Shown: positions 1 through 10,457, counted from the stretch's first letter. The stretch is 64,000 nt of DNA from an uncultured Rivularia sp. (GCA_963665115.1 OY762007.1:2880001-2944000); one strand, 5' to 3'. The notes: a model not told the origin generated them from the letters alone. A program made the numbers and translations.

Positions 1-312
1 CTTTTCTTCAGCTATTTCTTGACGAACATCCAAAATTCTAAATTTAAGATGCGAGTTAAACCAAGTAATTACACTAGCTTGAGATGCATTATAATTTTCG
101 ATATTTTTACAAAACCAAAACCAAGTTTTCTGCAATGCATCTTCGTAATATTGAGGGATAACTTCGCCACCCAGCCAAATTTTTCCCGACTGCTGCATCC
201 GAGAAATCAATTGATTTAATAACTGCTGTCGCTCCAGGCTACCGCGAGGATGCTCAGAAACTTCTGTTGCCAATTGATTAAGCTGCTCATTTAAACCTTC
301 AGAATGTGCCAT
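1..312 (-). CDS. 5' part of a cyanobacterial sigma-70-family (ECF-like) sigma factor, running off the window edge
   Basis: Manual translation from the ATG at 312: MAHSEGLNEQLNQLATEVSEHPRGSLERQQLLNQLISRMQQSGKIWLGGEVIPQYYEDALQKTWFWFCKNIENYNASQASVITWFNSHLKFRILD..., open to base 1. The YEDALQ-x-W / VITWFN-x-L pattern resembles region 2 of this family. Not in the ORF track. Confidence 0.65.
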   Translation of the reverse strand, partial: MAHSEGLNEQLNQLATEVSEHPRGSLERQQLLNQLISRMQQSGKIWLGGEVIPQYYEDALQKTWFWFCKNIENYNASQASVITWFNSHLKFRILDVRQEIAEEK

Positions 313-717
313 ATGCGTAATGCTAATATGTAACTGAAAAACGACTGATAGATCGGGCGTTGCTCTCGCACGGCTGCTCCTGCAATGGTTTTGAATTTTC
401 CGCTTCTTAAGGCTGTCAGACGTAATTCAAAAATCTGCCTATATCTTTACAAAACTTTACATTTTTTCGAGCAAATTGCAATTCAGTTTTGTGCAATATA
501 ATACTTAACAAAGATTCGGGAACAAATTTCTAGTATTTCACTACACAAATGTTTATAGAAACTCATATTTTGCACCATTCTTAACAACCGCTTTAGAATA
601 AATTCTTAGGCTAATACACAAAGTGGCTCTTTTGAAGACTGAGCAAGATGTAATTAGTAAGTGATTTATTGCCTCCGAAGTCCCAATCATGAAGCGATAA
701 ATCGCTTACTACGAACC

Positions 718-826
718 TAGTACAGTACGGCGTAAATAAAGCACCCATTTAAAAAGTTTGAAAGCCTTATCATATAATACTTTTTACTTCTTACTTTTGA
801 CTTTTTACTTCCGCGCAGCGGTACTG
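718..826. mobile_element. MITE-like element A (~109 bp), empty copy
   Basis: Near-identical to 37008-37221 once element B is removed; ends TAGTAC...GTACT(G/A). Confidence 0.8.
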
Positions 827-827
827 G

Positions 828-2822
828 TTAAATTAATTTTTCACACCGATAAAGTTGATAGGGAATACCGATTCGATAATGTTGATTAACATCGATATTG
901 CAAGATAATGTTTGAGAAACGTTAATTTGGTTTGGATAATCGCGTCGTAATCTTCCAGGTGCCAATATCCATAAGTTGAGTTGAGAAATCTTTTTATTTG
1001 GTAATTGGGAAAGCTTTTCAAATACTGATTCAAAACCGGAACTTTGATTTAAAAAAGCAAAAGTAGTGCGTTCGCATAGCGTGTCTGGAGGACAAACATC
1101 TTGCTCGCTAGAAAAATTAATTAGATTAGATTTAACATCTTGCTCGCTAGAAAAATCATATTTATTCGGATTAGTAGCTTGTTTGCTTAATAATTGATAA
1201 TTATAATTTACGGTTTCTCTTTCCAAAGCTAAAGCATAGCTCAAACCCAAAGCCACATCTTGATAATTGCTATATGCCATTACAGCCATTACGGGCACGG
1301 TGGGTTCTTGATAAATCTTTTGTGCTACTTGTTGGGGCAGATATGGTTTTTGTAAACCTAGATTAGATACAACGAAAATGCAACCGATCAAACCAACAAA
1401 TAAAATTATCGGTAATTGGTGATTTTTAATTTTTAAATTCGTAGTGCGAGCATCTTGCTCGCTTGAATTTCCACGTACATTCGTAGTGCGAGCATCTTGC
1501 TCGCTTGAATTTCCCCGTACATTCGTAGTGCGAGCATCTTGCTCACTTAAATTTCCTTCAGAAAGCAAGATATTTTTATCTCTACTGTTTTCGCGAATCA
1601 AACTGGCAGCAATTAAAGCGCTGAAGCTGGGATAATAAATAAAGTTGTAGCGGGGTGCAACTGTGATATCTTTACCAAGTATGTAGGAAATCGTAAATAT
1701 TCCTAGTAATACGAAAGTTGTGAAGCTTAATAAAGTTAAAGTAGGTAAACAAGTTGTAGGTTCTTTGAATAACAGCTTGATTCCTTTAAATACTTTCCAT
1801 CCTAACCAAACTGAAAATAACAACATTAGCAAACCGGAAATAATTACTATTGCTAAAGGCTGTCCTTCTACAGGTAACATAATTATCATTACAACCCAAC
1901 TAATCAAAGTTTGATAAAAGGGTTCGATGTGTTGGGGTGTAGGTAGCCAACTGGTTTCGGAACGGTTTAAATGATTTTGAACTATTTTGAGCCAGGGAAT
2001 AAGCGCGATCGCAACAGTGCTGATGGATAAAATTAATGCAATAAGACAATTTCGCAAAGATTTACTGCTGTGAAAACTTCTCTTGTGCAATGAGAAAAGC
2101 TTGATTTTTTTATTCCGTGACAAGCTAGGTAAAAATATTAGTAGTAATAAGGTAGCAATTTGAGCGATAAAGGCAATAATGCAAAAATAATGAATGTAAA
2201 TAGAAATAATATTGATAATTGTCCATGTCAGCCACAGCCAAACTCTAACTTGTTGACGTTGAATATCTTGCTGAATTTGTATAAGTGCTAACAGAGATAA
2301 ACTTATCGTCAGCATTGGTAAAGTGTAATGCCGTGCTTCCTGAGATAAATAAACCGCGAAAGGGGAAACAGCCACAAAAGCAGCACCCATTAACCCAGCT
2401 TTACGAGAAAAAGCTAATCGGTTGAGAAAATACACCGCTACAACCAAAGCGACACCAAACCATGCAGAAGGCGATCGCAATTTATTTACCCAGTCATCAC
2501 CAAGAGGAGCAACCCATCCTAAAAAGGCATACATTCCACAAAAAAACAGCGGTGGATGGGTAGATTCGGTAGCAATATTTTGAGCAATTTGAGGACAAGT
2601 TACCCCCGGTTGATAACTAAAAACATCCCGCAATTTTTCTAAAGGAAATACGACATCTAAGGGGATAGAACTATAATTTTTACCTAAACTAAAGATGGCG
2701 GTGATAACTTCATCCATCCACAAAGGTTTAAGTTCCAAATTCCAAAAGCGCAAAATAATCGCTAATGAAATAAAAAAAGTTAAACTCAAATAATGTAAAT
2801 TTAGCTTCCGATTTGTCATCAT
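828..2822 (-). CDS. Membrane glycosyltransferase, GT39/PMT-like (GT-C), with in-frame repeat insertions
   Basis: LW-DE, HPPLF and SQEARHY motifs plus many TM segments; SSEQDARTT repeats are encoded by REP-like DNA. Confidence 0.8.
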   Translation of the reverse strand: MMTNRKLNLHYLSLTFFISLAIILRFWNLELKPLWMDEVITAIFSLGKNYSSIPLDVVFPLEKLRDVFSYQPGVTCPQIAQNIATESTHPPLFFCGMYAFLGWVAPLGDDWVNKLRSPSAWFGVALVVAVYFLNRLAFSRKAGLMGAAFVAVSPFAVYLSQEARHYTLPMLTISLSLLALIQIQQDIQRQQVRVWLWLTWTIINIISIYIHYFCIIAFIAQIATLLLLIFLPSLSRNKKIKLFSLHKRSFHSSKSLRNCLIALILSISTVAIALIPWLKIVQNHLNRSETSWLPTPQHIEPFYQTLISWVVMIIMLPVEGQPLAIVIISGLLMLLFSVWLGWKVFKGIKLLFKEPTTCLPTLTLLSFTTFVLLGIFTISYILGKDITVAPRYNFIYYPSFSALIAASLIRENSRDKNILLSEGNLSEQDARTTNVRGNSSEQDARTTNVRGNSSEQDARTTNLKIKNHQLPIILFVGLIGCIFVVSNLGLQKPYLPQQVAQKIYQEPTVPVMAVMAYSNYQDVALGLSYALALERETVNYNYQLLSKQATNPNKYDFSSEQDVKSNLINFSSEQDVCPPDTLCERTTFAFLNQSSGFESVFEKLSQLPNKKISQLNLWILAPGRLRRDYPNQINVSQTLSCNIDVNQHYRIGIPYQLYRCEKLI
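1440..1556. repeat. Three tandem 42-bp REP-like units (GTAGTGCGAGCATCTTGCTCGC...) inside the CDS
   Basis: Directly visible; related copies at 1063-1155, 22916, 28034, 34421 and 52751. Confidence 0.9.
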
Positions 2823-2917
2823 TAAATTATTAGCTAATTGAGGAATGGCAAACCAAACTTCTTCCCAACCTCAATATTTATTTTTAATATAGAAAATCTA
2901 CATCTCTTTATTCTCAT

Positions 2918-5476
2918 ATGTCAGACGCTAATGTAACAAGCTCAGTGCCAGAAAATCCTTTGTCATCGCGATTGCCAACCTTGCATACATCTTCGCGTGC
3001 TGCCTCGATTGCAAATATCCGCAACTCCTTACGTATTGGGCAGCAACCAATGGCTGACTGGAAGGGTGGCCCATTAGCAGTATCTGCGGTACCTGGTGCC
3101 GGGAAATCAACGGGAATGGCAGCAGCTGCGGCGATCGCAATTGCTCGTCAGTATCAAAAAACCGATTCTTTACGCCCTGTAATTCGTCGTCAATTAATAG
3201 TTGTCACCTTCACTCGTTCTGCTGCTGCTAATATTAAAGCCAAAATCCGCAAATATTTAAGAGAAGGTTTATCGTTACCGCAAACGGGTTTTTTCGTTTA
3301 TACTTTGCACGGTTTAGCGTTAAATATTGCCACCCGTCATCCCGAATTATCCGGTTTAGAACTCGATTACGTCACATTAATTACCCCAAATCAAAGCCAT
3401 CGCTTCATCCGCACCGCAGTAGAAAAATGGATTGCAAATAATCCACGACTGTACGCTTTATTAATGGAAGGAATGCAGTTTGATGGAGAAGAAACAGAAA
3501 GATTGCGCCGTCAATCGGTGTTACGCACAGAAGTATTGCCAGAATTAGCAACAGCGGTAATTCATGAAGCCAAAAGTTCGGGAATGACACCCGAAGATGT
3601 ACATCAATTGAGCCAGCAAAGCATCGATGCATACGAAATATTGAAAATCTCGGCAGGATTGTACGAACAATATCAAACCTTGATGAGGGATAGAGATTTC
3701 ATCGATTACGACGACATGATATTGGCTGCATTACGAGTATTAGATAACGAAAGCGCCAGAAAAATCGAGCAAAAACAAGTATTCGCCGTATTTGAAGACG
3801 AAGCACAGGATTCTAGTCCGCTTCAGACTAAGTTGTTGGAGATATTGGCGAGTGGGGAAGGAGAAGGAGAGGGGGGAGAGGGGGAGACAGGGGAGAGGGG
3901 GAGACAGGGGGATAAGGGGACAAGGAGATGGGGAGAAAATGCAATTCCCAATGCCCAATTACCAATTACCAATTACCAATTACCAATTACCAATCATCAA
4001 ATTAATATAATTCGGGTGGGAGATCCCAATCAGGCGATTAATTCTACTTTTACACCAGCAGATCCGATTTATTTTCGCCAGTTTTGTCAGGAATGCGATT
4101 CTCAAGAGCGTTTGGCAACTATGGATCAAGCCGGACGAAGTAGTAAAATAATTATCGAAACTGCAAACTTTGCTCTCGAATGGGTAAACAGTCTCTACCA
4201 AAGCAGACAAAGACAATCTTCTTCCCCCTCTCCCCCCTCTACCCCCTCTACCCCCTCTACCCCCTCTCCCCCCTCTCTCCCCTTCCGCTATCAAAGAATT
4301 CTTCCAGTAGATGCCAACGATCCGCAACCGAATGCTAACCCAGCAGCAATCGGAAGAGGAGTAGAAATTTACACTCCTGAAGATATCCACAATACTGTAG
4401 AATTACTGTCAAAAAGAATCATCGAACTATTTCCTGAAGACAACGAAGATAACGGTAGTGCAGCGATATTAGTGAGAGAAAACCGTCAGGGAAACTGGTT
4501 AAGCCAAGCACTTAGACCAATTTGTAAAGAGCATAATATTTTACTTTACGACGTTGGCGAACAAGATAGACATTCCCACGTACCAGAAGAGATATTGGCA
4601 GTTTTACAATTTTGCGATCGCCCTCATTCTCCCGATTTTCTCAAGGCTGCTTTAGGGGTTTTAGTAAAACGAAGATTAATCGAACCCCAAGATTTAAATG
4701 CTTTGGCTTCCTTACCCGAGGAATTTTTATATCCTTCTCCTTTAGCACCATTGCAAACCGAAGCCGTAAAAAAAGCTGGTGAATTTTGTCGAGATTTACT
4801 CAATGCTCGTTTAGAATTACCTCTTTATCAAATAATTTCTTTCATCGCTTTAAAACTGGATTACCAACAAGCCGAATTAGCCACAGCCGATAAACTTTCC
4901 GAAAGAATCAACAAGCAAATTGCAGGTGAGATTTCAATGGGAACAATGCTGGGAACACTCAGCGAAATCGTTAGCTCCGAACGCTTTGAACCCGTAGACA
5001 CCGAAGACTCAGAAGCACGTTATACCCGTCGCAATCAACTGACGGTTATTACAATGCATAAAGCCAAAGGTTTGGATTGGGATTACGTATTTTTACCGTT
5101 TCTGCATGAAAACTTAATACCGGGTAAATTTTGGGTGCCACCGCAAAGAAAATTCCTGGGTGACTTTACTTTGTCGGAAGTAGCTCGCGCTCAAATCCGC
5201 GCTGCACTGCATGGTGAATCAAAATTACCCGACGTAACCGAAGCATGGGAACAAGCAAAGCATTTGAAGATTGCTGAAGAATATCGTTTGTTGTATGTTG
5301 CAATGACTAGAGCAAAGCGATTGTTGTGGTTGTCGGCAGCGAAGGAAGCGCCTTTTACTTGGAGTAAACCGGATAATTTGCAGAAACAACCAGCTTGTCC
5401 AGTTTTTAACGCTTTGAAGCGGGAGTTTACGGAATGTGTCATCGATGAAGCGAATTCGTTCGTAGTAGCGCTTTAG
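2918..5476 (+). CDS. UvrD/REP-family ATP-dependent DNA helicase
   Basis: AVPGAGKS Walker A, TFTRSAA, EDEAQD, VGDPNQAI, TMHKAKGLDWD, LYVAMTRAK motifs. Confidence 0.92.
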   Translation: MSDANVTSSVPENPLSSRLPTLHTSSRAASIANIRNSLRIGQQPMADWKGGPLAVSAVPGAGKSTGMAAAAAIAIARQYQKTDSLRPVIRRQLIVVTFTRSAAANIKAKIRKYLREGLSLPQTGFFVYTLHGLALNIATRHPELSGLELDYVTLITPNQSHRFIRTAVEKWIANNPRLYALLMEGMQFDGEETERLRRQSVLRTEVLPELATAVIHEAKSSGMTPEDVHQLSQQSIDAYEILKISAGLYEQYQTLMRDRDFIDYDDMILAALRVLDNESARKIEQKQVFAVFEDEAQDSSPLQTKLLEILASGEGEGEGGEGETGERGRQGDKGTRRWGENAIPNAQLPITNYQLPITNHQINIIRVGDPNQAINSTFTPADPIYFRQFCQECDSQERLATMDQAGRSSKIIIETANFALEWVNSLYQSRQRQSSSPSPPSTPSTPSTPSPPSLPFRYQRILPVDANDPQPNANPAAIGRGVEIYTPEDIHNTVELLSKRIIELFPEDNEDNGSAAILVRENRQGNWLSQALRPICKEHNILLYDVGEQDRHSHVPEEILAVLQFCDRPHSPDFLKAALGVLVKRRLIEPQDLNALASLPEEFLYPSPLAPLQTEAVKKAGEFCRDLLNARLELPLYQIISFIALKLDYQQAELATADKLSERINKQIAGEISMGTMLGTLSEIVSSERFEPVDTEDSEARYTRRNQLTVITMHKAKGLDWDYVFLPFLHENLIPGKFWVPPQRKFLGDFTLSEVARAQIRAALHGESKLPDVTEAWEQAKHLKIAEEYRLLYVAMTRAKRLLWLSAAKEAPFTWSKPDNLQKQPACPVFNALKREFTECVIDEANSFVVAL

Positions 5477-5673
5477 CGCATCTTAATATTTGTAGTTTTT
5501 GTAGGGTGTGTTACGGCTTCGATATCTGAATTGTTAATTACTATGCAGGGCAATGCCGTAACGCACCATTTCCGGAGAGATGATTTTTGTAGGTTAGCTT
5601 CACGGTGGATTTATAATGATGATTTTTAATATCGAGATTTAAATTGCGCCGTAACTACAAATAAATATAGATA

Positions 5674-5776
5674 CAGCATATTTAGTTTTGGTGAAGTACA
5701 TTCTGACGGGCAGGGATGCCCATCCCACAAGACTTTCGGAATATAGTTTTGTACCTCATTTAGCTGCAAAGGGCTG
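5674..5776. mobile_element. MITE-like element B (103 bp), flanked by TA
   Basis: TA-CAGC...GCTG-TA ends; near-identical copy at 37065-37167. Confidence 0.85.
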
Positions 5777-5782
5777 TATGAA

Positions 5783-6165
5783 GGTAGGTTGGGTGAAGGT
5801 GTATTTGTAATGATGATTCTCAATATCGGAATTGATATTGCACCGTAACCCAACCGGAGCGATTGTGGAGAAATATATAAAATGTTGGGTTACGACACGA
5901 ATTAACAATTTTCTATCAAACCAAATTAACTTTCATGTCTAACCCAACCTACATCTGTAAATAATTTTATTGTGAAATTTACGACTCATCGTTTGTAGGT
6001 TGGGTTAGGTGCAGCAGGTAATGTAGATTTTCAACAAATCAATAAGAAATTGCACCGTAACCCAACATTAGAATTGTGGATAAACATATCGGATGTTGGG
6101 TTACGACACGAATAAACAATTCTTGTTTCAAATCAAATTAATTTGCGTGTCTAACCCAACCTACA
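5783..6165. repeat. Two ~170-bp composite REP-like units (GTAGGTTGGGT / GTAACCCAAC / GTTGGGTTAC / AACCCAACCTAC)
   Basis: Nested inverted repeats at 5783-5953 and 5995-6165; partial copy at 7105-7176. Confidence 0.8.
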
Positions 6166-6352
6166 AATGATATTCTTTTACTACATTAAAATACTCGATT
6201 AAATTAAGAAAAATAAAAGTCCTTCAATAAAAAATTAAAATAATAATATCTAAATAATTTTATTGTGAAATTTACGACTCATAGCACTAATTTATTGCTG
6301 ATATTGTTAAACTTTTGATTGAAATTAAATACCATTTATCAATCAATAAAAG

Positions 6353-7057
6353 ATGTTTACAGAATTCCTTTTATTATCTCAAGTATTATCTAACGATAGC
6401 TTTTTAATCAACCAATCCAAATATACCCAATCGGAAACAGTAGTCAACCTTTATTCTCAACAGAAATCCCAAAAAAGTCAGGGAAGCTTTCACGATAAGC
6501 TTGAAGCATTAGGAGAGCGTGAAACTGGCTTTACATCTGGTGATTTAAGACAATACAACTTTGTCAATCCGCAACTATATTTTCTTGGTAAATACCAGTT
6601 TGCAGAAATATTATTAATTCGACTTGGTTATTACAAAGCTCAGGTTTACTTCGGCAATGGTGCAAATAAAAATTATTGGCGAGGTATTTGGACTGGTAAA
6701 GACGGTATTAATAGTAAAGCGGAATTTATGAATTCTCCGGAAGTTCAAGAAAAAGCTATTCGTGAAGCTTTTGGTGTTTATTGGCAGGATATCAATTATT
6801 TGATGAACAAAAGAGGTAAATCAATTGAATCTTATTTATCTCAAGTAAAAACTTTTAACGAGAGCGGAAAGCCCAGAACAATCAAAATTACTCTTTCAGG
6901 AATAATTGCAGCGGCTCATCTCAAAGGTGCTGATAAAGTTGTAGATTTATTAGTAAATGGTAAAGTATCTCAAGACCCTTTTGGTACTTCTATTCTGGCA
7001 TATTTAGAAGAATTTAGCGGTTACGAAACAACACCACAAGATTTTTTGCAGCCATAA
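6353..7057 (+). CDS. Hypothetical protein, possibly lysozyme-like fold
   Basis: ALGERE...GKYQF...QEKA...AAAHL-G pattern resembles lysozyme/transglycosylase-like domains. Confidence 0.5.
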   Translation: MFTEFLLLSQVLSNDSFLINQSKYTQSETVVNLYSQQKSQKSQGSFHDKLEALGERETGFTSGDLRQYNFVNPQLYFLGKYQFAEILLIRLGYYKAQVYFGNGANKNYWRGIWTGKDGINSKAEFMNSPEVQEKAIREAFGVYWQDINYLMNKRGKSIESYLSQVKTFNESGKPRTIKITLSGIIAAAHLKGADKVVDLLVNGKVSQDPFGTSILAYLEEFSGYETTPQDFLQP

Positions 7058-7216
7058 TCATTTTTCGCTCAATAAACCAACATTACGTTTGTGGGTAAAT
7101 AAGATGTTGGGTTACGACACTAATTAAGAATTATCGTCACAAATCAAATTCCTAAACGTGTCTAACCCAACCTACAATTACCAATGATCAATTACCAATT
7201 ACCAATTATCAATTAA

Positions 7217-8014
7217 TTAAATACTCGCAACAGATCCACCATCAACGCGATAGTTTGCACCTAATACAAAACTTGCTTGCTGGGAACACAAAAAGGCAAT
7301 TACTGCGGCGACTTCTTGGGCTTTTCCACGACGATTGAGTTCTAAATGAGGGCGATCATTTTTCAAAAATTGGGAAATCGCTTCTTCAAAACTAATTCCT
7401 TTTTCTTCGGCTTGTTTTTTCATCATTGCGTCTGTCATGGGAGTTGCAATGAATGCGGGGGAAACTGAGTTTATTAATACGCCATCTTTACCGTAAGCTT
7501 TTGATAATCCTTTGGCTAAGTTGAGTACTCCGGCTTTGGCTGCACAGTAAGGTAATTCGTCTGCATAAGGTTGTAAGGCATCTTCGGAACTTATTAAAAC
7601 TACTCTTCCCCAACCCGATTCGCGCATTGATGGAATGAAAGCACGACAAACCCGCACTGCTGACATTAAATCAACTTAAATTGTATTAAGCCATTCTTCG
7701 TCAGTTATTTCCAGAAAATCCCCGGTTGCTCCAGTAATTCCGGCTGCGTTAACTAAAATATCAACTTTGCCAAAACGCTGTAGAATTTCACTTTTAGCAT
7801 TTTCTACCTGTGCAAGTTCTCTTAAGTCGGCTTTAACGTACATTACTTCGCCAATTTTGCCAACTTCTTGGGCAGCTTGCTTTAATTTATCGTCAGTTTT
7901 ATCAATTAAAGCTACTTTTACACCTTCGGTGGTGAGTAATTTCGCCGTTGCAACACCGATACCCGAATCACCACCAGTGATGACAGCAATCTTATCTTTA
8001 ATATTAAAATCCAT
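7217..8014 (-). pseudogene. SDR-family oxidoreductase interrupted by an in-frame TAA at 7676-7678
   Basis: TGGDSGIG, NAAG and YCAAK motifs; both ORFs are in the same frame (NTI*VDLMSAVR). Confidence 0.85.
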
Positions 8015-8226
8015 AATAAATCAATTAACAGTTATCAATTATCAATTATCAGTTAATGCTTACTGATGACTGTTTGAAGTTTATTTCACGGTTTTGATAT
8101 TTTTATCGCTCTGGGGTTTTATTTTTTTGGTGTTAAGGAGGAAGGATTTACATGACTTTTGATGGTTGAATTTTTATCGTTATTAAGATTTTGATTTAAC
8201 TATATTTTTTTTCTTGCTGAATAAAG

Positions 8227-9420
8227 TTACTGGAAATAATGCATCCGAAAGAGAGAGAAAAGGCGATACCTTCGGTGAGCTTCGCTTAACGCACTCATCA
8301 AGGCGGCAAATTGCGGTGAAATTGCTTGGGGTTGATTAAATACCGAACCAAAAATACTCATAGCTAAACCAACGCCACCAAAATACATTCCTATACCCAA
8401 TCCTCCGCGATTTGGAGGAACCATTTCTAAGGCAAAGGGAATTGTACCGTTTAAAACGAAGCTGCTACTAATTGCTAAAAAAGCTAGAAGTAGAATATTT
8501 GTGCCAACTAAAGGTAACAGTAGCATTAACAAAACAACTACAGCGCTACCAGCAAGCATAGCGTTACGATTACCAATTTTCTTGGCAATTAAACCAGCAG
8601 GTAAAGCCGCCATAGCTGCTGTAATCCCGAATATCACCATTTGTAGCTGGATATTTTCGCTATTTAACTCAAGTTTGAGAAATTTACTAACTGCATCAAG
8701 TAACAACCTATAACCCCAAGCAAAACTACCACCTAAAACAAAAATCAATCCCAGCCCTGGAAAAGATATTGGTAAGGGTGATTCTGCTTGATGTTTATCA
8801 ACTGGTTCATTAGATACAATCTCTGGAGGATGAATAAATCTCAATACTGCTGCCGAACCTAACAGTACAAAAGAACCAGAAGCAAAGGTAACAACTGGAC
8901 CTAAACTAAGTAGTAAGTCATTGGCAGCAATTCTAAAAGAACCGATAGTTCCACCAATTAAGGTAAGTACGCTGGCAGCCATTGGTAAACTTTTTGGCAT
9001 GGCATAGCGTCCCAACAAAGACAGTACCGGACTGCGAAATACAGTCATTGCCAGCGCCCAAGCTATTACTAATACTGGCAAAATGAATTTTAATACTGTT
9101 GTCGGTGGAACAAAAGTAACAACGCACGGGATAGCAATAAATAAAGCTGAGGAAAGCAAAACCCCAACTGTAATAAAAGGGAAACGACTAGAAAACCAAC
9201 GTTGTTTTTGATCGGAAAGCGAACCCATCAAAGGTTCCATGAATACAGCTAAAGCATTTTCTAAAATTAGTAGACTTATCGCCAATGATTTAGAGAAACC
9301 GAATTGCACCAATAATTTAGGCAAGTAAAAATTGTAAATTACCCAGCTAAGTGCAATTGCACCCTGCACCATTGCCAAACCACAAACCTGAAGCCATAAT
9401 ACTTGTTTGCTGTTATTCAT
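8227..9420 (-). CDS. MFS transporter, C-terminus altered by a 22-nt insertion
   Basis: Multiple TM helices, GSLSD motif A; insertion sits in a HIP1 site. Confidence 0.8.
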   Translation of the reverse strand: MNNSKQVLWLQVCGLAMVQGAIALSWVIYNFYLPKLLVQFGFSKSLAISLLILENALAVFMEPLMGSLSDQKQRWFSSRFPFITVGVLLSSALFIAIPCVVTFVPPTTVLKFILPVLVIAWALAMTVFRSPVLSLLGRYAMPKSLPMAASVLTLIGGTIGSFRIAANDLLLSLGPVVTFASGSFVLLGSAAVLRFIHPPEIVSNEPVDKHQAESPLPISFPGLGLIFVLGGSFAWGYRLLLDAVSKFLKLELNSENIQLQMVIFGITAAMAALPAGLIAKKIGNRNAMLAGSAVVVLLMLLLPLVGTNILLLAFLAISSSFVLNGTIPFALEMVPPNRGGLGIGMYFGGVGLAMSIFGSVFNQPQAISPQFAALMSALSEAHRRYRLFSLFRMHYFQ

Positions 9421-9486
9421 TTATATACATAATACTTCTAGTAATATGGCGTATTTTTAACTGTAACTAGATTAGTTTATGCCTTT

Positions 9487-10011
9487 TTATGCATTAAATT
9501 CCCGTCGGGCTTTTTTCATCACTTCCCGAACATAATTGCTTTTTCCTTGTGTATAAGCTTCTCTATCATCATGAAACTGCGCTGCTAAATCCCGCTTTAA
9601 TTTTTCATATCGTCGCGCTTCTTCTGGATGTATTTTTAAATAATCTCTAAATAATCGCCGCTGCCAAAACTTGCCATCAATTTCTACAACATGAACGTGA
9701 TGGGTTCGCTTTTCTCCATATGGTGGCATTCCTTTAACAAAAAACATCTTTTCGGGATTGGGATTGTCTGCCCAATATACATATCCCAAATCTTCGAGAG
9801 GTTTTATAATCTTTTTACCATCCAATAAATCGCGTAACCCAACCATAATATCGATAACTGGTTTCGCCGCTAATCCCGGTACCGCAGTTGAGCCAATGTG
9901 TTGAATTTCTGCAATTGCATCTTTCCCCAAAGCTTTGCGAATAGATTCGGCTTCATGCTCAAACATATTCGCCCAATCCGCGTTATATTCTACAATTTCG
10001 ATTTCATCCAT
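9487..10011 (-). CDS. GrpB/UPF0157 nucleotidyltransferase-like protein
   Basis: HIGSTAVPGLAAKPVIDI, FRDYL and YTQGK motifs. Confidence 0.9.
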   Translation of the reverse strand: MDEIEIVEYNADWANMFEHEAESIRKALGKDAIAEIQHIGSTAVPGLAAKPVIDIMVGLRDLLDGKKIIKPLEDLGYVYWADNPNPEKMFFVKGMPPYGEKRTHHVHVVEIDGKFWQRRLFRDYLKIHPEEARRYEKLKRDLAAQFHDDREAYTQGKSNYVREVMKKARREFNA

Positions 10012-10189
10012 GATTGTTACAAATCAACAGTATCTAGGGAACCTCTCTCCTGCAAGGAGAGAGGCTTTAATGGTTCCCCTTCCCTTGCAGGGAAGGGGTT
10101 AGGGGTTAGGTTTTTCCGATTTCAATGCAGCAAATTACGAATTACAACTTATAATATGGGATTGTGTCTAAGTGTAGAAACATAAAAAA

Positions 10190-10396
10190 ATGCCTAAATT
10201 AAAATCTCGCAAAGCTGCTGCGAAACGATTTCGTGCCACTGGTACTGGTAAAATTGTTCGTCGTAAAGCTTTCAAAAACCACATTCTAGAAAAGAAAACT
10301 AGAAATAAAAAGCGTAACTTATCTAAAGCGGTAATCGTTGACGATCGCGATGCTGATAATGTACGCGGTATGCTTCCTTATCTACCAAGAAAGTAG
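10190..10396 (+). CDS. rpmI: 50S ribosomal protein L35
   Basis: [14 protein letters not shown]; upstream of rplT. Confidence 0.98.
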   Translation: MPKLKSRKAAAKRFRATGTGKIVRRKAFKNHILEKKTRNKKRNLSKAVIVDDRDADNVRGMLPYLPRK

Positions 10397-10457
10397 ATTT
10401 GGTAAATTATTAGGAAATTACTAGAAAATTACTGGAAAATTACTGGAACATTAAACT

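Noticed and set aside
3405..4390. Short antisense or overlapping ORFs inside long genes (many in the track)
   Set aside because: Shadow frames of well-supported genes with no recognisable motifs.
5626..5853. Similar small ORFs at 5626-5853 and 36945-37160
   Set aside because: The similarity comes from MITE B sequence; no transposase motifs.
5783..6165. Possible CRISPR array
   Set aside because: Repeats alternate in orientation and are degenerate, the spacers resemble each other, and no cas genes are present.
10411..10449. 11-bp tandem repeat between rpmI and rplT as a regulatory element
   Set aside because: Indistinguishable from the many slippage repeats in this genome.
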